The notes: generated from the sequence alone by a model not told the origin. A stretch of 32,000 nt of DNA from Candidatus Saccharimonadota bacterium (GCA_029851245.1 CP099826.1:57688-89687), one strand, 5' to 3'. Positions 9,658-18,430 are shown, counted from the stretch's first letter. A program made the numbers and translations.

Positions 9658-10251
9658 TTAAATAGTTTTAAATATATTATTTAATATTCCATATATAAAA
9701 TTAATATTTTTATTAATAGAAAAAATTTTTATTATTAATTTATATTCATGTATAATAATATTAATATTTAATTTATAAATTATATATTCTGAAATAGAAA
9801 TTTTAAGTATTAAAATATTAATAATATTAATTCTATTAATACACCAATTAATTAATTTATTATTAATAATATTATTTAATTTAATATTATTAAATAATAT
9901 ATAATTATAAATTTTTTTAATAAATTTAATATTATTAGAATTATAAATTTTAATTTTTTTATTATATTTAAAATATATATATAATTTATATTGTAATAAA
10001 TAAATATCTTCTAATTGAATAAAAAAATTTAATTTAATATTATTAATATATTTTATAATAAGAATTTTAATATTTTTATTATATTTTAATTTTTTTTTAA
10101 TTTTTTTTTTAATTTTTGAAAAATGATATTTAAATTTATATTTTTTTTTAATAATAAAATTTTTATAATTAAAATTATTATTATAATAATTAATAAATAA
10201 TAATTTTAATAAAATTATTCTAAAATAGGTTTTAATTTTTATAAATTTCAA
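9658..10251 (-). CDS. nusB: transcription antitermination factor NusB (divergent)
   Basis: 197 aa. Only the C-terminal third is recognisable (NILILKISISEYII...NIIIHEYKLIIKIFS...INFIYGILNNIF), which matches the NusB pattern LRxAxYEL...xAINEAxELAKxF...xFxNGVLxxI. Confidence 0.6.
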   Translation of the reverse strand: MKFIKIKTYFRIILLKLLFINYYNNNFNYKNFIIKKKYKFKYHFSKIKKKIKKKLKYNKNIKILIIKYINNIKLNFFIQLEDIYLLQYKLYIYFKYNKKIKIYNSNNIKFIKKIYNYILFNNIKLNNIINNKLINWCINRINIINILILKISISEYIIYKLNINIIIHEYKLIIKIFSINKNINFIYGILNNIFKTI

Positions 10252-10334
10252 AATTTTTTTAAAATATTTATTAATATTTAAATTAATATTAATTATTAAT
10301 TATATTAATAATTATAATTAAAATAAATTTAAAT

Positions 10335-11321
10335 ATGATAAAAAAAAAAGAATATATAAAAATAAATAAATCAAATAATATAAATATAAAAAATAGTAAA
10401 AAAGAATATAAAGAAATATATTCTAAAATATTAAAATCAGGTAATAGAATATATTATTTTGATGTTAAAGAAACTTTTTCAAAGGATTATTATTTAAATA
10501 TTACAGAAAGTAAAAAAATTTTTTTACAAGATGGTAGATCAATATATAAAAAACATAAAATTTTTTTATATAAAAATGATTTTGAAGAATTTAAAAATAT
10601 ATTATTAATAATGATAAAATATATATATGATAAAAAAGGTAAAGAAGTAATAATGGATAAAAAATTAGTAAATAATGAAAATTTAAATTTTAATATAGAA
10701 ACAAATAAAGAAAATAATAAAGAAAATAAAGAAAATAAAACAAATAAAGAAAATAATAAAGTAAATAAAGAAAATAAAACAAATAAAGAAAATAATAAAG
10801 AAAATAAAACAAATAAAAAAAATAATAAAGAAAATAAAACAAATAAAGAAAATAATAAAGAAAATAAAACAAATAAAGAAAATAATAAAGTAAATAAAGA
10901 AAATAAAACAAATAAAGAAAATAATAAAGAAAATAAAACAAATAAAGAAAATAATAAAGTAAATAAAGAAAATAAAACAAATAAAAAAAATAATAAAGTA
11001 AATAAAACAAGTAAAAAAAATAATAAAGTAAATAAAGAAAATAAAAAAAATAATAAAGTAAATAAAGTAAATAAAAAAAATAATAAAGTAAATAAAGTAA
11101 ATAAAAAAAATAATAAAGTAAATAAAACAAGTAAAAAAAATAATAAAGTAAATAAAGTAAATAAAAAAAATAAAGAAACAAATAAAGAAAATAAAAAAAA
11201 TAATAAAGTAAATAAAGAAAATAAAAAAAATAATAAAGTAAATAAAGTAAATAAAAAAAATAAAGAAACAAATAAAGAAAATAAAAGAAAAAAAAAAGTA
11301 AATAAAAGAAAAAAAAAATAA
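10335..11321 (+). CDS. PUR-alpha-like DUF3276 nucleic-acid-binding protein with a ~210-aa Lys/Asn-rich tandem-repeat C-terminal tail
   Basis: The N-terminal ~100 aa (SGNRIYYFDVKETFSKDYYLNITESKKIF...GRSIYKKHKIFLYKNDFEEFKNIL) matches the Bacteroidota DUF3276/Pur-like family as I remember it (RTYFFDVK...DYYLTITESKK...KHKIFLYKEDF). The remainder is NK(E/V/T)NK... repeats that stay in frame through to the stop. Confidence 0.7.
   Translation: MIKKKEYIKINKSNNINIKNSKKEYKEIYSKILKSGNRIYYFDVKETFSKDYYLNITESKKIFLQDGRSIYKKHKIFLYKNDFEEFKNILLIMIKYIYDKKGKEVIMDKKLVNNENLNFNIETNKENNKENKENKTNKENNKVNKENKTNKENNKENKTNKKNNKENKTNKENNKENKTNKENNKVNKENKTNKENNKENKTNKENNKVNKENKTNKKNNKVNKTSKKNNKVNKENKKNNKVNKVNKKNNKVNKVNKKNNKVNKTSKKNNKVNKVNKKNKETNKENKKNNKVNKENKKNNKVNKVNKKNKETNKENKRKKKVNKRKKK
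10700..11320 (+). repeat. degenerate coding minisatellite built from a 9-nt aataaagNa sub-unit
   Basis: Read directly from the sequence. The sub-units are organised into 30- and 39-nt units such as aataaagaaaataaaacaaataaagaaaataataaagta, with a ~90-nt higher-order copy near the 3' end. There are dozens of near-identical units differing at G/A/T wobble-like positions. Boundaries are approximate. Confidence 0.9.
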
Positions 11322-11344
11322 AATAAAAGAAATAAATTTAGATT

Positions 11345-11408
11345 TAAACTTTTAAAAAATATGAATTTTAATAAGATATAATAATGGAGTAAATTTTTTA
11401 AAAGTTTA
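11345..11408. repeat. perfect 16-bp inverted repeat with a 32-nt loop, downstream of the DUF3276 gene (possible terminator or structured RNA)
   Basis: TAAACTTTTAAAAAAT (11345-11360) is the exact reverse complement of ATTTTTTAAAAGTTTA (11393-11408). The function is not established. Confidence 0.5.
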
Positions 11409-11415
11409 GTTATAT

Positions 11416-11457
11416 AAATTAAATATTAATATATTAAAAAATATTAATATTTAATTT
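11416..11457. repeat. perfect 17-bp inverted repeat with an 8-nt loop, immediately upstream of der
   Basis: AAATTAAATATTAATAT (11416-11432), ATTAAAAA, ATATTAATATTTAATTT (11441-11457). The arms contain only A and T, so a chance origin is plausible. Confidence 0.4.
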
Positions 11458-11475
11458 ATATAAAAATTATAAATA

Positions 11476-12792
11476 ATGAAAATATGTATTATAGGTAAAA
11501 GTAATGTTGGAAAATCTACTTTATTTAATTTTATAATTAAAAAAAAAAAATCAATAATAGAAAATAATATAAATACAACAAGAAATAGAAATTATGGATT
11601 TTTTAAATTAAAAAAAAAAATTTATATTATAATAGATACTGGTGGGTTTAATGAATATAAAAAAAAAGAAATTATTAATAATAATATAATTAAACAAATA
11701 AAATTAGGTATTAAAGAAGCTGAATTAATATTATTTGTAGTAGATGTAATTAATGGAATTACTAATTTAGATAAAAAATTATCATTAATAGTAAGAAAAT
11801 ATAATAAAAATACTATTTTATTAGTAAATAAGATAGATATTAAAAAATATGATTATAATTATTATGAATATTATAAATTAGGATATAATAATGTATTTCC
11901 TATTTCCTGTACTAATAATATAGGGTTTAAAAAATTATATAAATATATACATAATTATTTTATATATAAAAAAAATAATATAAAAAAATATAAAAATAAT
12001 ATAAAAGTATCAATATTAGGAAAACCGAATACAGGAAAATCTACATTTATAAATAAATTTTTTAATAATAAAAATAAATCCATAATTTCTAATATAAAAG
12101 GTACTACAATAGATACATTATATTTTTTTTATAAAAATAAAAATTATAATAATATAATGTTTATAGATACACCGGGAATAGTAAAAAATTATAAATATTG
12201 TAAAAATAATAATAAATTATTATTAAATACAATAAATATAATAAAAGAATCAGATATATGTATATTAATAATAGATATTACTAATGGGGTAACTAAAAAT
12301 GATATATTTATTTATAAAAATATAGAAAAATATAAAAAAGGATTAATAGTAATATTTAATAAAATAGATTTATTAAAAAATAATAAAGTAGATATTAGAA
12401 AAATAAAAAATTATTATAAAATATTTGATAATAATTTTCCTTATTATTATTTATCAATTAAAAATTTATTTAATAATAAAATAAAAAATAATATAAAAAA
12501 TAAAATTAAAATAATATATAATAATAAGTATAAAAAAATTAAAACAAGTTATTTAAATAAAAAAATTATAAATTATATAAATAAAAAAAAAATATATATT
12601 AATAAAAAAATATTTAAAATTAAATTTTGTTATCAATTAAAAAATAAAAATTTTCCTAGTTTTATAATAAATTCTAATTTTAAAAAAAATATTAATGATA
12701 ATATTAAAAAATATTTAAAGAAAATAATAATTAAAAAATTAAATTTATATGGTATATATATAGATATATATATAAAAAGTAATAATAAATAA
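11476..12792 (+). CDS. der: ribosome-associated GTPase Der/EngA (two tandem GTPase domains)
   Basis: 438 aa. Two P-loops (IIGKSNVGKSTLFN and ILGKPNTGKSTFIN), each followed by DTGG/DTPG and NKID motifs. Confidence 0.92.
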   Translation: MKICIIGKSNVGKSTLFNFIIKKKKSIIENNINTTRNRNYGFFKLKKKIYIIIDTGGFNEYKKKEIINNNIIKQIKLGIKEAELILFVVDVINGITNLDKKLSLIVRKYNKNTILLVNKIDIKKYDYNYYEYYKLGYNNVFPISCTNNIGFKKLYKYIHNYFIYKKNNIKKYKNNIKVSILGKPNTGKSTFINKFFNNKNKSIISNIKGTTIDTLYFFYKNKNYNNIMFIDTPGIVKNYKYCKNNNKLLLNTINIIKESDICILIIDITNGVTKNDIFIYKNIEKYKKGLIVIFNKIDLLKNNKVDIRKIKNYYKIFDNNFPYYYLSIKNLFNNKIKNNIKNKIKIIYNNKYKKIKTSYLNKKIINYINKKKIYINKKIFKIKFCYQLKNKNFPSFIINSNFKKNINDNIKKYLKKIIIKKLNLYGIYIDIYIKSNNK

Positions 12793-14042
12793 TGTTAAAT
12801 ATTAAATATATTAAAAAATATAAAAATTATGTTATAAAAAGTTTAAAATTAAGAAAATTTAAAAATAAAAATATTATTAATAAAATATTATTATTATATA
12901 ATAAAATAAATAAAAAAAATATAATTTTAAATAAATATTTAAATATATTAAAAAATAATTATAAAAATAAAAATTTAATTATTAAAAAAAAAAATTATAA
13001 AAATATAAATATAATAAAAATAAAAAAAAAAAAAATAAAAAATATAATTAATAATTTAAAAAATAAATATTTAAAATATTTAATAAAAGTACCTAATATA
13101 TTAAATAAAAAATATTTTTTAAAAAAAAATAATAATAATAAAATAATTTATAATAATTATAAAAATATTAAAAATAAAATTAAAAAAAAAAAATATTTAT
13201 CACATATAGAATTATCTAAAAAATATGATATTTTTGAGACTAAAATATCTAGTAAAATAAGTGGTACAGGTTTTGTAATATATTATGGTTTAGGATTATT
13301 ATTATATAATTCATTAGTAAGATTTTTATTAAGTTATAATAATAAAAAAGGTTATAAAGAATATATATTACCTTATTTAGTAAATAAAAATTCTATTTAT
13401 GGTACTGGACAATTTCCAGATAAAAAAAATCAAGTATATAATATAAAAAAAGATAATTTATATTTAATACCTACAGGTGAAGTACCATTAGTAAATTTTT
13501 ATAGTAATAAAATATTTAATTATAAAGATTTACCTATAAAATCTCAAACATATACACAATGTTTTAGAAGAGAAGCAGGATCATATGGTAAAAAAGTAAA
13601 AGGATTAAATAGATTACATCAATTTGGAAAAGTTGAAATTATTGAAATATCAGATAATAATTCTAATATTAGATTAAATAAAATGTTAAAACATATAAAA
13701 AATGTTTTAAAATTGTTAAAATTATATTTTAGAATAAAATTATTATCAAGTGAAAAAATAGGAATTACTTCTTCAATAACATATGATTTTGAAGTTTATT
13801 CATTTGGTCAAAAAAAATGGTTAGAAGTAAGTTCATTATCAAATTGTTTAAATTATCAATCTAATGAATTAAAGATATATTATTATAATAAAAGTAATAA
13901 AAAAGAATTATGTAATACGTTAAATGGTAGTTGTATATCAATACCAAGATTATTATTATGTATAATAGAAATGTATCAAAATAATAATGGAATAAAAATA
14001 CCTAAAGTATTAATACCATATTATAAAAATAATTATGAATAA
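12792..14042 (+). CDS. serS: seryl-tRNA synthetase
   Basis: 416 aa. Long coiled-coil-like N-terminus, then class II motifs IPTGEVPLVNFY, CFRREAGSYGKKVKGLNRLHQFGKVE and NGSCISIPRLL. The start overlaps the der stop (TAATG). Confidence 0.92.
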   Translation: MLNIKYIKKYKNYVIKSLKLRKFKNKNIINKILLLYNKINKKNIILNKYLNILKNNYKNKNLIIKKKNYKNINIIKIKKKKIKNIINNLKNKYLKYLIKVPNILNKKYFLKKNNNNKIIYNNYKNIKNKIKKKKYLSHIELSKKYDIFETKISSKISGTGFVIYYGLGLLLYNSLVRFLLSYNNKKGYKEYILPYLVNKNSIYGTGQFPDKKNQVYNIKKDNLYLIPTGEVPLVNFYSNKIFNYKDLPIKSQTYTQCFRREAGSYGKKVKGLNRLHQFGKVEIIEISDNNSNIRLNKMLKHIKNVLKLLKLYFRIKLLSSEKIGITSSITYDFEVYSFGQKKWLEVSSLSNCLNYQSNELKIYYYNKSNKKELCNTLNGSCISIPRLLLCIIEMYQNNNGIKIPKVLIPYYKNNYE

Positions 14043-14526
14043 TAATATTGTAAATAGTAAAATATATATACTATATATTGATATTTATACTGATGGTTCG
14101 TCAAAAGGGAATCCTGGTTTTGGAGGAGCAGCAATAATAATAATATCATATAATTATTATAAAGAAAAATTATTAAAATATAGATTTACAACAAATAATA
14201 GAATAGAATTATATGCAATAATAGAAGCAATAAAAACTATTAAAATATATAATTTTTTTATTGTAAATATTTATATAGATTCTAAATATATATTATATAA
14301 TATAAATAAAATTAAAAATAATAAAAGAATTATAAAAAATGAAGATTTATGGAATAAAATAAAATTAATAATAATTAAAGAAAATAAAATAATTTTTTTT
14401 TGGATAAAAGGTCATAATAATAATTATTATAATGAAAAGTGTCATTTATTATCTATTAAAAGAGTAAAAAATATAAAAATTTTAATAGATAAATATTATG
14501 AAAAATATATTTTTAAAAAAAATTAA
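14035..14526 (+). CDS. rnhA: ribonuclease HI
   Basis: 163 aa with IYTDGSSKGNPGFGGAAIII, TNNRIELYAIIEAIK and WIKGHNNN. It overlaps serS by 8 nt. Confidence 0.85.
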   Translation: MNNNIVNSKIYILYIDIYTDGSSKGNPGFGGAAIIIISYNYYKEKLLKYRFTTNNRIELYAIIEAIKTIKIYNFFIVNIYIDSKYILYNINKIKNNKRIIKNEDLWNKIKLIIIKENKIIFFWIKGHNNNYYNEKCHLLSIKRVKNIKILIDKYYEKYIFKKN

Positions 14527-14830
14527 ATATAATAATATAATATTATTAATATATATAAAAGATAAATTTTATTTTAAAAAAAAAAATATAAATTATATTG
14601 TTAAAATAATTAATAATAAAAAATATAAAAAAATAATTATTATACCATTAATTTTAAAAAAAATAATATATAATAATAATATATTTTTTAAAAAAATATC
14701 TTTTATTTTTACAAAAATAATAAAAAAAAATATTTTATTAATAAATTATAAATATAATAAATTAAAAAATATTAATTATTACATAAATAAAATATATAAT
14801 AAAGTAATAATAATAAATATATATAAATAA
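14498..14830 (+). CDS. hypothetical protein (may be spurious or a degraded remnant)
   Basis: 110-aa ORF of very low complexity (I/K/N) with no motif I recognise. It overlaps the rnhA 3' end by 29 nt and ends inside the extended RNase P RNA helix. Confidence 0.25.
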   Translation: MKNIFLKKIKYNNIILLIYIKDKFYFKKKNINYIVKIINNKKYKKIIIIPLILKKIIYNNNIFFKKISFIFTKIIKKNILLINYKYNKLKNINYYINKIYNKVIIINIYK

Positions 14831-14846
14831 ATATTTTATTTTTTAA

Positions 14847-15186
14847 AAAATAGTTAATATATAAGCCGAATTCTGTATATATAAATTAATATATATCTTT
14901 ATCATTTATCTAGTATATATGTTACCATATATATCAATCTGTCTACCAACCATTATAATAATCGAGAAGATTAATGGTAATTTTGACATTTCACTATACA
15001 GAGTTTGCAAAATTTCACTATAATTTAATTAATATATTATTATTTAAATTATATATATTTTCTGTTGCACTTTTCATCATCTTACGATGTATGGATGTTA
15101 TCCATTGTATTTCTCTTTAGTGTTCGGACTTTCCTCATTAATAAATATTAAATATTAATTAATGCGATAAAGTAATTAACTATTTT
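14847..15186 (-). ncRNA. rnpB: RNase P RNA (bacterial type A-like)
   Basis: The reverse complement contains GAGGAAAGTCCGAAC (plus-strand 15122-15136), GTGCAACAGAAA and ACAGAATTCGGCTTA (plus-strand 14862-14876), which are the universally conserved P4-forming regions. The terminal P1 pairing AAAATAGTTAAT / ATTAACTATTTT (15175-15186 with 14847-14858) is perfect. The ends are approximate. Confidence 0.85.
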
Positions 15187-15205
15187 AAAAAAATAAAATA
15201 TTTAT

Positions 15206-15657
15206 TTATTTAAAATATAATATTTTATATTTAATATTTAAAATTTTTATAATATCATTTTTATTTTTACCAATTAAAGAAATTGCTATAGGAGAATCAA
15301 TAGAAATTTTATTTTTTTTAAAATTTACTTCATTATTAGTTACTATAATATAATTATATATTTTATTATTTTTTAAATTTTTAATAGTTACTTTAGAATA
15401 TAATGTAATATATTTATTTTTATTAGGAATTATTTTTTTTTTAATTAAAATATAATTATTTAATATATTATTATAATAATTAATTTTATTATTAATAAAA
15501 TTATATTCTTCTTTAGCAGAAATATATTCATTATTTTCAGATAAATCTCCTTTTTCTAAAGCATAATTAAGAATTTTAATAATTTTTTTTTTTTTTAAAA
15601 AAAAAACTTTAATTTTTTATTAATTTTATTAATTCCTTTAATAGTGATATAATTCAT
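15206..15657 (-). pseudogene. greA: transcription elongation factor GreA, reading frame interrupted inside a homopolymer pair
   Basis: Hand translation. ATG at 15657 gives MNYITIKGINKINKKLKFFF, then TAA. One nucleotide out of frame the ORF continues as ...IIKILNYALEKGDLSENNEYISAKEEYNFINNKINYYNNILNNYILIKKK...YNYIIVTNNEVNFKKNKISIDSPIAISLIGKNKNDIIKILNIKYKILYFK*, with the stop at 15206-15208. GDLSENxEY and ISxxSPxAxxLxGK are GreA signatures. The break lies in plus-strand T14 (15583-15596) plus A10 (15597-15606). The total length is 452 nt (3n+2), so one extra nucleotide would restore the frame. Confidence 0.8.
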
Positions 15658-15735
15658 AAAAATTAATAAATTTATATTATTAATATAATAATATTATAAT
15701 ATAATATAAAATAATAATAATAATTTTTATTTATT

Positions 15736-16698
15736 ATGGATAATATATTTATAAAATTATTTAAAAATATTAAAATATATAAAATAATAAAATATAATAT
15801 ATTATTAATATTAAATAAAATTAAAAATAAATATAAATTAAAAATTAATAATAATAAAATATATTTATATAAATTATATAAAAATATAAAAAATAATAAT
15901 AAATACAATAATAATAAGAAATATTTAGTAATTAATAAAAAGATATATAAAAATATTAAATTTAATAATATAAATAATAAAAAGATATTAAAAATTAAAA
16001 AAAATATATTAATTAATATAATATATTATATAAATAAAAATAAATATAATGAATATTATAAAAATATAGGAAAAAATATAATATTTATAGTAATTAATAT
16101 AATTAATAAGAATATTTATATAAAAAATATAGTAGATAATAATGTAATAATATATAAAAATAAGAAAAATTTAAAATTTAAAATAGGAAAATTATATTAT
16201 TTTTTAATAAAAGAAATAAATTATAAAAATAATTATGAAATAAATATAAAATTATCTAGAAATGATAAATTATTTATAATAAATTTATTAAAATTAGAAA
16301 TTTCAGAAATTGATGATAAAATAATAAAAATTAAAAAAATTGTTAGAATACCAGGTGAAAAAACTAAAATAGTAGTATATTCAAAAAATAATTATATAAA
16401 TGTAATTAAAACATGTATAGGGGTAAAAGGAATAAAAATAAATAATATTATTAAAGAATTAAATAATGAAAAAATAGAATTTATAAAATATGAAGAAGAT
16501 ATTAATAAATATATTATTGAATTATTTAAACCATTTAAAATTAAAAAAAAAATTATATATAAAGAAAAAAAAAAAATAAAATTATTTTTTGAAAAAAAAT
16601 ATATATCAATAATAATAGGTAAAAATGGTATAAATATAAAACTAACTTCATTATTATTAAATTATAAAATAATAATATTAAATAATAATGAAAAATAA
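15736..16698 (+). CDS. nusA: transcription termination/antitermination factor NusA (shortened)
   Basis: 320 aa. S1/KH region is recognisable: VRIPGEKTKIVVYS, CIGVKGIKINNIIKELNNEKIEFIKY and IIGKNGINIKLTSLLLNYKI. The N-terminus is highly divergent and the start is uncertain. Confidence 0.85.
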   Translation: MDNIFIKLFKNIKIYKIIKYNILLILNKIKNKYKLKINNNKIYLYKLYKNIKNNNKYNNNKKYLVINKKIYKNIKFNNINNKKILKIKKNILINIIYYINKNKYNEYYKNIGKNIIFIVINIINKNIYIKNIVDNNVIIYKNKKNLKFKIGKLYYFLIKEINYKNNYEINIKLSRNDKLFIINLLKLEISEIDDKIIKIKKIVRIPGEKTKIVVYSKNNYINVIKTCIGVKGIKINNIIKELNNEKIEFIKYEEDINKYIIELFKPFKIKKKIIYKEKKKIKLFFEKKYISIIIGKNGINIKLTSLLLNYKIIILNNNEK

Positions 16699-18430
16699 AA
16701 AAATAATAAATTTATATGAATTAATAACAATAAATGAATTGTCATTAATAATAAATATAAATTATGAAGAAATTATTAATTTTTGTAAATCATTAGGAAT
16801 AATAGTAAATCTTAATACTAGATTAGAAAAACAATTAATAATATTAATATGTAATGAATTTAATATTAAAGTAAAATTTATAGATAAAATAAAATATAAA
16901 ATAAATAATAAAAAAAATAAAATTATTAAATATTATAGATCACCAATAATATCAATAATGGGTCATGTAGATCATGGGAAAACTTCATTTTTAGATTATA
17001 TTAGAAAATCTAATATTATATATAAAGAATATGGAAATATTACACAACATATAGGAATATATAATGTAAATATAAAAATTAAAAATAAAAATAATAATAT
17101 AACTTTTATAGATACCCCTGGACATGAATCTTTTTTATTTATTAGACGTGTAAGTGTAAAATTATCAGATATAGCATTAATAATAATTTCTTGTGAAAGT
17201 GGAGTAATGAAACAAACTATAGAATCTATAGAACATGCAAGATCAGAAAATTTATCAATAATTTTTGCATTTAATAAAATAGATAAATTTGAAGATAATA
17301 TTAAAGAATATAAAGAAAAAATAAATAATATTAAAAAAGATTTATCAAAAATAAATATTTTAGTAAAAGATTGGGGAGGAAAATATTTATATGAAAAAAT
17401 ATCAGTTAAAACAGGATATGGAATAAATGAATTAATAAATAAAATATTAAAATTAGTAGATAATAAAAAATTATTAACTAATTTAAATGAAATATGTAGT
17501 GGAAGAATAATAGAATCATATTTAGATAAAAATAAAGGAAATTTAGTAAAAATATTAGTAATTAAAGGTATTTTAAAAAAAGGAGATTATATATTATCAG
17601 GTATATATTATGGAAAAATAAAAATTATTTTAAATGAAAGAAATAAAATTATAAATAAAGTATATCCGTCATATCCTGCAATAATAATAGGAATTAATGG
17701 ATTACCAATATCAGGAGAAAAATTTTATGTAATAAATAATAAAAAATATATAAAAAAAATAATAAATAAAAAAAAAGAATTAATAAAAGAAATAAATTTA
17801 AAAATAAAAAATAAAATTAATAATAATGATAATTTAATAAGAAATAATAAAAAAAAAAATATAAATATAATATTAAAAGTAGATGTAGATAATAGTTTAT
17901 TAGCAATTAAAGAAGAAATAAATAAAATAAATAATAAAAATAATTTAATTAGAATAAATATAATTAAAGAATCTGTAGGAAATATTACTCAAGAAGATAT
18001 ATTATTATCAGAAACATTTAATTATATTATATTAGGATTTAATATAAAAAAAAATATTAAAATATATAAAAATAAAAAAATATATATATTTAATATAATT
18101 TATAAAATAATAGAATTTTTAAAAAATAAAATTAAAATAATTTTATATAAAAAAGAAAAAATAAAAGTAATAGGAAGAGCTAAGATAATTAAGATATTTA
18201 ATAAAAATAATATTAATATATTTGGAGGAATAGTAATATATGGTAAAATAAATATAAATTATAATATAAATGTAATAAGAAATGATAAAATTATTTATAA
18301 TAGTAAAATAAAATCATTAAAAATATATAATGATGATGTAAAAGAAGTTAAAAAAAATAATGTATTTGGTATAATTTTAATAAATGAAAATATTTTAAAA
18401 AAAAATGATATTATTGAAAATTATAAATAA
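16688..18430 (+). CDS. infB: translation initiation factor IF-2 (N-terminally reduced)
   Basis: 580 aa with GHVDHGKTSFLDYIRKSN, DTPGHESF and FNKIDK, plus the C-terminal beta-barrel region. It overlaps nusA by 11 nt. Confidence 0.92.
   Translation: MKNKKIINLYELITINELSLIININYEEIINFCKSLGIIVNLNTRLEKQLIILICNEFNIKVKFIDKIKYKINNKKNKIIKYYRSPIISIMGHVDHGKTSFLDYIRKSNIIYKEYGNITQHIGIYNVNIKIKNKNNNITFIDTPGHESFLFIRRVSVKLSDIALIIISCESGVMKQTIESIEHARSENLSIIFAFNKIDKFEDNIKEYKEKINNIKKDLSKINILVKDWGGKYLYEKISVKTGYGINELINKILKLVDNKKLLTNLNEICSGRIIESYLDKNKGNLVKILVIKGILKKGDYILSGIYYGKIKIILNERNKIINKVYPSYPAIIIGINGLPISGEKFYVINNKKYIKKIINKKKELIKEINLKIKNKINNNDNLIRNNKKKNINIILKVDVDNSLLAIKEEINKINNKNNLIRINIIKESVGNITQEDILLSETFNYIILGFNIKKNIKIYKNKKIYIFNIIYKIIEFLKNKIKIILYKKEKIKVIGRAKIIKIFNKNNINIFGGIVIYGKININYNINVIRNDKIIYNSKIKSLKIYNDDVKEVKKNNVFGIILINENILKKNDIIENYK

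Noticed and set aside
10690-11271. 193-aa minus-strand ORF (FLYFFYLLYLL...) antisense to the DUF3276 repeat tail
   Set aside because: It is the mirror image of the in-frame AAT/AAA/GAA repeat. It stays open only because the repeat lacks the complement of stop codons. It has no start context and no recognisable fold, and the sense strand carries a recognisable protein domain.
10700-11320. Possible CRISPR array or non-coding satellite
   Set aside because: The units are contiguous, with no unique spacers. They are 9/30/39 nt long and all multiples of 3. They remain in frame with an upstream conserved domain through to a stop. No cas genes are nearby. It is a coding minisatellite.
14498-14830. 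The hypothetical ORF next to rnpB as the RNase P protein (rnpA)
   Set aside because: It has no RNR-type motif (..RNRxKRxxR..) or other RnpA signature. The adjacency to rnpB is on the opposite strand and is probably coincidental.
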